From: Octopus sinensis
Taxonomy: Eukaryota
DNA length: 64,000 bases
Reading direction: 5' to 3'
Assembly: GCF_006345805.1 (NCBI RefSeq)
Contig: NC_043014.1
Span: 12,400,001 to 12,464,000, forward strand
Below, one piece after another: positions 54,901-64,000 of this stretch; positions within the stretch are counted from its first letter, which is position 1, and the number at the start of each line of letters is the position of its first letter. The notes under the pieces are model-generated. The model made no database searches and was not told the origin of the DNA. It worked only from the letters and a program-made list of their open reading frames with translations. Both the position numbers and the translations under genes were made by a program.

Positions 54901-55079
54901 AGTATGTAAGATGAACCCACAGGTTAACTGTAAGATTAGGAAAGTATTGATAGTTTATAGCAAACAGTGTACTGAGGGACAGTGCAGAAACAAGAAAACA
55001 ACTTACAACGACAAATAATGTGAGTTCATGGCTGTTTCCTGCACCAGCTTCACACAGAAGCCCCAGCCCTTCCAAAGTG

Positions 55080-55642
55080 CCTTGGATCACAGGACGGCCT
55101 GCTGTACTTACCTTGGATCGTAGGGCGACCTGCTGTGCTTGAGGAGACCTATTGAGTCAACTACATCAGCATTAAAAAATCAAATGGAAATTGTAGTTGC
55201 GATACCTGCGCCGGTGGCATGTACAATGCACCATCCGTACGTGGCCGATGCCAGCGCTGCCCTGACTAGCTTCCATGCTGGTGGCACGCAAAAAGCACCA
55301 ACCAATCATGGCCATTGCCAGCCTACCCTGGCACCTGTGCCAGCAGCACGTAAAAGCACCATCCGTATGTGGCCGATGCCAGCGCTGCCTTGACTGGCTT
55401 CCGTGTCGGTGGCTCGTAAAAACCACCAACTGATCATGGCCGTTGCCAGCCTCCCCTGGCACGTAAAAGCACCCACTACACTCATGGAGTGGTTGGCGTT
55501 AGGAAGGGCATCCAGCTGTAGAAACACTGCCAGATCAGACTGGAGCCTGGTGCAGTCGCCTGGCTTCCCAGACCCCGGTCAAACCGCCCAACCCATGCTA
55601 GCATGGAAAATGGACGTTAAACGATGATGATGATGATGATGA
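55080..55642 (+). mobile_element. RTE 3' UTR copy with expanded internal repeat
   Basis: About five copies of the 55-60 bp internal unit; (GAT)n tail. Confidence 0.8.
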
Positions 55643-55944
55643 TTGGGGAGATGGTATGGAGTATAGGGGAGTGGATAGGTGAACACTAGCAGGAGCTCAA
55701 AAGAGAGAAAAGCTCCCCAGCACTCTACCAACAAGCTCAATTAGAACAAAGAGGCTCAGTTAATAACGTAGATGCTGAGGTATTATCAATGCTTAGAACA
55801 GACAGAAAATATTTTGATTCTACTGAACCTACAGTCATTAAAATACATAAAGATAAATATATTTCTGGGCTACAAGCAAACACACTCTGGAAGAATGAAC
55901 AAAATGATAGGAGAATTCCATCAGATTTATACTTTCTTTTACTC

Positions 55945-56335
55945 TCTTTTACTTGTTTCAGTCATTTGACTGTGGCCATGCTGGAGCACTGCCTTTAGTC
56001 GAACATATCGACCCCAGGACTTATTCTTTGTAAGCCTGGTCCTTATTCTATCGGTCTCTTTTGCCGAACCGCTAAGTTACGGGGACGCAAACACACCACC
56101 ATTGGTTGTCAAGTGATGTTGCGGGGACAAACACAGACACACAAACATATACACACACATACATATATACGATGGGCTTCTTTCAGTTTCTGTCTACCAA
56201 ATCCACTCACAAGGCTTTAGTTGGCCCGAGGCTATAGTTGAAGACACTTGCCCAAGGTGCCATGCAGCAGGACTGAACCCAGAACCATGTGGTTCGTAAG
56301 CAAGCTACTTACCACATAGCCACTCCTGCACCTAT
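55945..56335 (-). mobile_element. SINE family A copy
   Basis: Full length, reverse. Confidence 0.85.
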
Positions 56336-56897
56336 AGGAAACTTTTTAATTCAGTGTTCTCTTCTTTTTCCTATTTCCTTTTTTTCCCCCTTGTTTTAAC
56401 CAGTTACGAACAAACAAAATTTGATGACGTCTTTTTTGTCTAGGAAGGAAAAAAATAGAAATAAACAAGTAAATAAATAAATAAATAAAGGACACGGATA
56501 CAAACAATATAGTAAGCAAACCCATATACACACACATACAAAACACATAGAAATGCATTCACACACACACGAGCATGCACACACAAATACATACACACAG
56601 ATAGAGACGCAAATACATGCACAGAAAAGGATACACACCACAGAAAGACAGAATGGACTAAATAGAACAGGAAGAAACATATGGGATGGAGAGTCACTGA
56701 AGAGGTCACAGGGTGTGTAATGGAAGATTTCCAAACAATGACATAAAATAGGAACAATAAAAAATCTCAAGTGAAGAACAAATATATAGCGTGTGTGTTT
56801 ATTGGCAAAGAAAAAAAAATGACCATCCCAAAATATAACAATATCTGTTTCAACACATGATTTCATACCAGGAATCTTGAGAAATAAATACATAAAC

Positions 56898-57345
56898 ATA
56901 CATCATCATCATCATCATCATCATCATCGTTTAACGTTCGTTTTCCGCGCTAGCACAGGTTGGACGGTTCGACCGGGGTCTGGGGAGCCAGGGGCTGCTC
57001 CAGGCTCCAGTCTGATCTGGCAGTGTTTCTACAGCTGGATGCCCTTCCTAACGCCAACCACTCCGCGAGTGTAGTGGGTGCTTTTTACGTGCCACCTGCA
57101 CAGGTGCCAGAGGGGTCTGGCATCGGTCACGATCGGTTGGTGCTTTTTATGTGCCACCGGCACAGAAGCCAGTCGAGGTGGGGCTGGTATCGGTCACGTT
57201 CGGATGGTGCTTTTTATGTGCCACCAGCACAGAAGCCTTTCGAGGCGGAGTTGGCATCGGTCAGGTTCGGATGGTGCTTTTTATGTGCCACTGGCACAGA
57301 AGCCAGTCGAGGCGGTACTGGCTACGGCCACGTTCGGATGGTGCT
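56898..57345 (-). mobile_element. RTE 3' UTR copy with expanded internal repeat
   Basis: (CAT)n then four to five internal units ending GGATGGTGCTTTTT. Confidence 0.8.
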
Positions 57346-57358
57346 TATACATACATAC

Positions 57359-57394
<36 letters not shown>

Positions 57395-57653
57395 TATACA
57401 TACATAAATATAAATATATATATATAACACAAAGTAAGTTAGGGGTTATGGATCCAACCCACTAAGGGATAGTATTTATCCAATATACTGTTGGTAAAGT
57501 ACCCAAATTCTTAATACATAAGTGTTTTTAATTGCAATGCAATTAACTTATTTATTGTATTAAACGGGTGAAGGTAAAGAAATATTTTACCGTTAATTTA
57601 TAATACAAATAAGAAAATGAAGAAAACTAAATTGTTCTCCATTTTCTTATTTG

Positions 57654-57702
<49 letters not shown>

Positions 57703-58084
57703 CGAGCAAAACGCCCCCAGTCCAATGGTCGTGCTGAGTTGTCAAACATTTAAACCAAATTTTCTCAAAACAACGTGTCCGACCGTCCCATAGGCCTCCC
57801 CTTTGAGAAACACTGATTTTACCTAAATTTGAGGCACTAACAAAAGAAGAAATAAAGATAGACTTTTTTTTTATTCCAAAGAAAAACGATTTTATTCACT
57901 TTATCAATAGCATTCTCACCTAGAACCGATTTTTGTAATTTTTTCAAGACTTAAACACGCCCTGATACCGTCAGTATCTACATATGAAATTTGAGCACAA
58001 TCAGATGGAGGATGCCCGAGATCCTAGAAGACACACACACAGAACGGATTTTATATAATATATATATATATATACATATATATC

Positions 58085-58383
58085 ACGTGATCACGTGACC
58101 GACCAGTCCATCAGATATAGTTACACATCGCTGGTCACAATGCATTCGCATTGTTTTAGCCTTCGAATGACGCCACCCCGCTGGCTAAGGGAGCAGGCCA
58201 ACAGAAGAGTGGGAGAAAGGGTGGTGAAAGAGTACAGCAGGGATCACCACCCCCTGCCAGAGCGTTGTGGAGCTTTTAGGTGTTTTCGCTCAATAAACAC
58301 TCACAACACCCAGTCTGGGAATCGAAACCGCGATCCTGCGACCGCGAGTCCGCTGCCCTAACTACTGGGCCATTGCACCTCCA
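58085..58383 (-). mobile_element. tRNA-derived SINE family F
   Basis: Same family as 26455-26762. Confidence 0.72.
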
Positions 58384-58416
58384 CATATATATATATATAT
58401 ATACATATATATATGC

Positions 58417-58463
<47 letters not shown>

Positions 58464-59189
58464 TATATATACATACATACATATATATATGTATATATAT
58501 ACATATACATGTTGATGGTGTGTTTATGCCCCCAAAACTTAGCAGCTCAGCAAGACAGACCAATAGAATAAGTACCAGACTTTACAAGAAAAAAAAAAAT
58601 GAAAAAAATAAGTACTGTGGTTGATATGTTTAACAAAAAAATCTCAAGGTGGTGCTCCAGCATGGCCACAATCTAATGACTGAAACAGATAAAAGACATA
58701 TACATATATATGTAAGTTACTGTATGTCCATCTTTCCCGCCTCATCCTTTTTTTGTATATTTCTTCACCATCACTACGATCCCCCATCTCTGCATCTTAC
58801 TATTTCTGCCTCTCTTTTTGCTCCTGTTTGAAAGCTATTTCCAGTCAGTTTTTTCTCTTCCTTCAAGCCCTTTCTATCACCCACTTAAGTTTCTCTCCTC
58901 TCACTCACTCCCTCTTTCTCTCTCTTACTTTCCCCATTTCCTTCTCTTTTTTTTTATCTCCCTGCCAATCTCATGCAAACAACATCGCTTGCACTTTTAA
59001 ATTCCTTCTTCTTTCAGTGTCAGTTGCAAAGTGTCAAATTTTAACAGATGAATTGATTAATGTAGAACTGTTAACGACTGTGACATAAGAGATGATTTTA
59101 ATTTAAGCAGGATGCAGGTTCAAATTGCAGCCAAATATAGTTTGTTTTTTATGTAAGAAAATGTCTTCTAATGATGTTTCCATTAATAA

Positions 59190-60600
59190 TGGTTTCAAAT
59201 CTTGGCACAAGGCCAATTACATTGATTCCTGTATGCAACTGGTTCTTATTTTATTGACCTCAAGAGGATGAAGGGCGAAGCTGACTTCAGTGGAATTTGA
59301 ACTCAGAACATAAGGACAGACGAAATGCTGCTAAGCATTTTGTCCAGCATGTTAACAATTCTGCCAGCTTGCCGCCTTAATATTAATGATAATAATTCTT
59401 TCAACAATAGGCACAAGACTTGAATTTGGAGGGGAAGGGAGTAGACCATTACATTAACCCTTTTGTTACTGTATTTATTTGGAGATGCTCTGCGTTTCTT
59501 TCATTTACTTTAAATATAACAAAGAATTTAGTAAAATAACTTAGTTATCATTCAGTTAGTGTTAGGAACCAAAATTGTGACTAAGGTTTGGTGGAAGATT
59601 TCCATTCAAAACTTTTGAAAGCAAGACATTTGTACTACAGAGCCAGAGCCTGTTTCAGCCGGGTTGGTAACGAAAGGGTTAACCTTAGTGTCTCACTGGC
59701 ACTTAATCAATAGGATGAAAAGCAAAGTTGACCTTGGTGGAATTTAAACTCACAATGCAAGGATGGACAAAATGTCGCCAAGCACTTTCCCTGGCATGGT
59801 AACGATTCTGCCAGCTCACCACCTTAATAATAATGATAATAATAATAATTCTTTCCAAGGCGGTGAGCTGGCAGAATCGTTAGCACACCGGGCAAATGCT
59901 TAGCAGTATTTCGTCTGCCGCTACATTCTGAGTTCAAATTCCGCCGAGGTCGACTTTGCCTTTCATCCTTTCGGGGTCGATTAAATAAGTACTAGTTACG
60001 CACTGTGGTCGATATAATCGACTTAATCCATTTGTCTGTCCTTTCTGTGTTTAGCCCCTTGTGGGTAGTCAAGAAATAGGTATTTTGTCAGTCTTTACAT
60101 TCTGAGTTCAAATTCCATCGAGGTCGACTTTGCCTTTCCTCCTTTCAGGGTCAATAAATTAAGTACCAGTTACATACTGGGGCAATCTAATCAACTAGCC
60201 CCTTCCCCCAAACTTTCAGGCCTTGTGCCTAGAGTAGAAAAGAATAATTCGTTCTACTATAGGCACAAGGCCTGAAATTTGGGGAAGAGGATTAATTGAT
60301 TACATTGACCCCAGTGTTTCACTGGTGCTTATTCCATTGTCCCCAAAGGGATGAAAGGCAAAGTCGACCTCAGAACGTAAGGACAAATGAAATGCTGCTT
60401 AGCATTTTGTCCAGCATGCTAATGATTCTGCCAATTCACTGCCTTAACAGTTTGAAATTTTGGCAAAAGGCCAGCAATTTCAGGGGAAGTGGTTAGTCAA
60501 TTACATCAACCCCAATACTCAACTGGTAATTATTTTACTGATTCTGAAGGGATGAAAGGTAAAGTCGACCTCAGCAGAATTTGAACTCAGAATGTAAAGA
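59190..60600. mobile_element. Array of tRNA-derived SINE family B copies (Deu/Nin-like domain)
   Basis: Repeated GAGCTGGCAGAATCGTTAGC...GAGTTCAAATTCC...GCCTTTCATCCTTTCGGGGTCGAT...AAGTAC in both orientations. The domain name is by resemblance only. Confidence 0.75.
59458..59678. mobile_element. piggyBac-type MITE (family 1)
   Basis: TTAA-flanked with CCCTTT/AAAGGG termini. Confidence 0.72.
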
Positions 60601-60601
60601 T

Positions 60602-60975
60602 AAGCGCAGGAGTGGCTGTGTGGTAAGTACCTTGCTTATTAACCACATGGTTCCGGGTTCAGTCCCACTGCATGGCACCTTGGGCAAGTGTCTTCTACTA
60701 TGACCTCGGGCCGACCAAAGCCTTGTGAGTGGATTTGATAGACGGAAACTGAAAGAAGCCCGTCATATATATATATATGTATGTATGTGTTTGTGTGTCT
60801 GTGTTTGTCCCCCCCCCCAACATTGCTTGACCACCGTAACTTAGCAGTTCAGCAAAAGAGACTGATAGAATAAGTACTAGGCTTACAAAGAATAAGTCCT
60901 GGGGTCAATTTGCTTGACTAAAAGGCAGTGCACCAGCATGGCCACAGTCAAATGACTGAAACAAGTAAAAGAGTA
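60602..60975 (+). mobile_element. SINE family A copy
   Basis: Full length. Confidence 0.85.
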
Positions 60976-62014
60976 AAAAGAGTATAGCCATGGCAGTGGC
61001 TTCTGATCTTAACTGATTGTGTTATCATGTACATTGTTTTGTCTCGGTATAAAAGATGGGCTACAGCAAATATTCTACTGAATACCACAGATTTGCTTGT
61101 CAGTTGTTTGACCTTAACCAGTTGACCATGTCCCTAAGTGGCTGACTACATGTGCATCTCTGATCATGAGCAGAAATAGTGGGGGAGCATCATAGCCATG
61201 TGTTGAGGGGAATTCTTTGGGTTTGAATAATTCACCTTTGGAAACATGGGTATTTCATTCAACATCCTTAAGCAACCCTTTTGAGCAGGATGGGTTACTC
61301 GACCAGAAGAAAATTCTAATTGGGCCCCACCTGCAAGGTCATGCGCTGTTTATCTTGATATGAGATCACCATGTCGCGCACATATGGTTGTGATGCATAT
61401 GCCTGGTGTACCCTTATCAGACAGGTAGTCATGATGGGTATACTGGGCTTCTTATATTTTACCCCATTGTTGCAAAGGGAGCTTCTTACCTATACAGCTA
61501 TGCCCGTGGCTATGTTTAGCAATGTTTTCTGGGGACTGAATGAGACTGCCTCAAATTTCAAATATTGGTTTAAAAGCAAACAAGATTTTATAGAAGGAAG
61601 AGTCAATAAAGCAGTGGAATGAATGTAATTAATTTATTGGTCTCATACATAAAAGAAAACTGCAATCCAAATTGGTTTTGAATTTGAGATAAAACTAAAT
61701 CCAATAATTTTTTTTCCCTATTCTTTCTTTTTTTTTTGTAACACTTTGAAGTTTTGTTCGTTCATCCACCATGACATTCACACTGAATTTCGTTCATCAA
61801 ACCAGAAAATGACCCAATAAAATATGCATTTACTTGAAAGACTATATTCTCCCTAGTGTGAACCACCACCACATTGTGACCAGCGATGTGTAGCAACAAC
61901 TGGTAGGTCACGGTGATCACAGTGATATATATATATATAGGTGCATTAGGTTATGTACCAATAAATTTGCACAAAAACCTAGAAATAATATGTTAGATTC
62001 GCCAAATCCAACAT

Positions 62015-62400
62015 ATTCTTTTCTACTCTAGGCACAAAGCCCGAAATTTTTGGAGAGGGGACCAGTCGATTACATCGACCCCAGTGCGTAACTGGTACTT
62101 AATTTATCGACTCCCGAAAGGATGATAGGCAAAGTCGACCTCGGCGGAATTTGAACTCAGAACGTAAAAACAGACGAAATACCTATTTCTTTACTAGCCA
62201 CAAGGGGCTAAACACAGAGAGGACAAACAAACGGATTAAGTCGATTATATCGATCCCAGTGCGTAACTGGTACTTATTTAATCGACCCCCGAAAGGATGA
62301 AAGGCAAAGTCGACCTCGGCGGAATTTGAACTCACAACGTAATGGCAGACGAAATACAGCTTAGCATTTCGCCCGGCCTGCTAACGATTCTGCCAGCTCG
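62015..62400 (-). mobile_element. Tandem dimer of SINE family B
   Basis: Two near-identical reverse copies (GTCGACCTCGGCGGAATTTGAACTC). Confidence 0.75.
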
Positions 62401-63699
62401 CCAAATCCAACATTTTAGTGGCACAGTGAAGATTTGTAAGACATTCCAGAAATACTCCGAGATTTTCTATGTGAATAGATGCTCGCAATTGGCTGTATGC
62501 TTCAACAGTTCAACCAACTCAACCATATATTTACAAACACTGGGAACTCTCTTAACTCCAAAGGTCTTTGTTGCTTTGTTAAGCAACCAGCTTGAACTCT
62601 CTCAAGAGCGTAAACTCACAAAAAAATAAATAAATAACACACACATACGCGTGCGCGACTGATTTCTTTGATCTTTCGTTCACCAAACCCACTCACAAGA
62701 CCTTGGGTTGCCCAGGGGCTATAGTAGGAGACACTCGCCCAAGGTGTCACGCAGTGGAACTGAACTCGTGACCAAGTTGTTGGTAAGCAAGCTTTTTACA
62801 ACGAATGTATAAAAAAAATTGCGTGGATATAAACTCTGTTCTATTCTCTGTCCGGTAACCATTCAATTATAGAAATATTGATTTTTGACAACAGCACAAG
62901 GTCTTAAATTTGAAGTGAGGGTGTAGGCAATTAAACCAGAGTTGACATCGGCGGGGTTTGAACTCGGAGCATAAAGAACAGTAATTGCAGGAATATTAAC
63001 AAAGTTTGAAACTTCTAAATTCAGGGAAAAATTAAGGAGTCAAAATTTCATTTCATCTATTTGAAAATTTATATATAAATCAGGGAATGTACTCATGACA
63101 CCTGTAAGTTTAACAAGTTTCCGAACTGCTGTTTTACACCTGGCGTAAAAAGTTTCGGGCACGACTAATGGTTTGTAACAAAAGAAGTTTAAAGTATGGC
63201 TTGAAGATAGAAATAATAATGAATATTTAGCATTTCTTACGATAATATTCCATCACGGATGATTTTTTTCTGAATTACCAAAGGGACATAATAGTAAAAC
63301 ATCCAGTCTTGGAAAAAATGTAGCAGTTTTGGCAAGAAGAGAAACTGACTTAATTTAGAAAACTTATTTTATAAAAAAATAAATTAAAATAAATTAATAA
63401 AACATCACGGTCTTGTATGTGTGCTTTTTTTTAATGCCCTAGTAAAATAAAAATTACGAATGGGTCGGTGCGTGATTAAATATACATTAAAACACATTTG
63501 AAAAACAGTAGTGCTGAGTTAGCGAAATTTAATAATTTTTCAGGTCACCGATGGAAAAGTGAAGTGACAACGTTTATAAAGTGGGTAATTAATGTTGCGG
63601 CTGGATTTTTCTTTTTTAAAAAAAAATGGTCTGGTTTTTCTTTTATAAGATTCGCGGATTTACTATGGGTGTAGACGTTTAAAAGTAAAGTATATATAA

Positions 63700-64000
63700 T
63701 ATAATTTGGAGCGAGTGCGTCAGTGGGGGAAGATGTTTCGTATGGACAGGGACAGATTAATGAAAAGCACCAGCTGAAAACGAGGCTGTGGTGAGGCGGA
63801 GGAATATTGAATAACATCAAAATAGTCAAGATGGCGTCACCATCCATCTCCGTTGTCATTACAAAGCTCTACTGCTCTCCCTACTCGGCAAATTGTCGCC
63901 ACACTGTAGCGATCGAGCATTTACTGCAGTGCTAAGCACCATCTCGCCCCTTTTAACTAAACCGTGATGTCTGTGTATACGCAGTCCAATGAGAAATACC
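63700..64000. promoter_or_regulatory. CpG-enriched, promoter-like non-repeat segment with a YY1-type motif
   Basis: CAAGATGGCG at about 63827-63836, CCAAT at about 63986, raised CpG, no repeat similarity. The associated gene is not identifiable. Confidence 0.4.

Noticed and set aside
62342-62629. 95-aa ORF as an exon of a second gene
   Set aside because: Starts inside a SINE, has no recognisable domain and no partner exons.

Overview
Eukaryotic, AT-rich and repeat-saturated DNA. The (CAT)n/(TA)n/(CA)n microsatellites and the tRNA-derived SINE, RTE and Helitron landscape point to an octopus (coleoid cephalopod) genome; this is inferred, not database-checked. One real gene is reconstructable: a 9-exon, 355-aa, + strand orthologue of CENATAC/CCDC84 (minor-spliceosome factor), CDS 122..41950, with all intron phases consistent. 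Its introns and the 22 kb downstream are a mosaic of transposons: an apparently full-length 4.16-kb RTE LINE with three indels, a Helitron helicase remnant plus non-autonomous Helitrons, hAT, mariner, CR1 and R4/Dong fossils, piggyBac- and hAT-type MITEs, and several SINE families. Most ORF-track entries are microsatellite or SINE artefacts. The most interesting signal is a set of hammerhead ribozyme (HHR) motifs from different repeat families. (1) A 413-bp retrozyme-like element (354-nt unit, 59-bp terminal redundancy, 12-bp TSD) with a type I HHR on the minus strand. (2) A canonical-core type I HHR on the sense strand of CENATAC intron 3. (3) Three decayed HHR relics, one inside a tRNA-headed SINE. 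All folds were paired by eye; none is experimentally or computationally validated.
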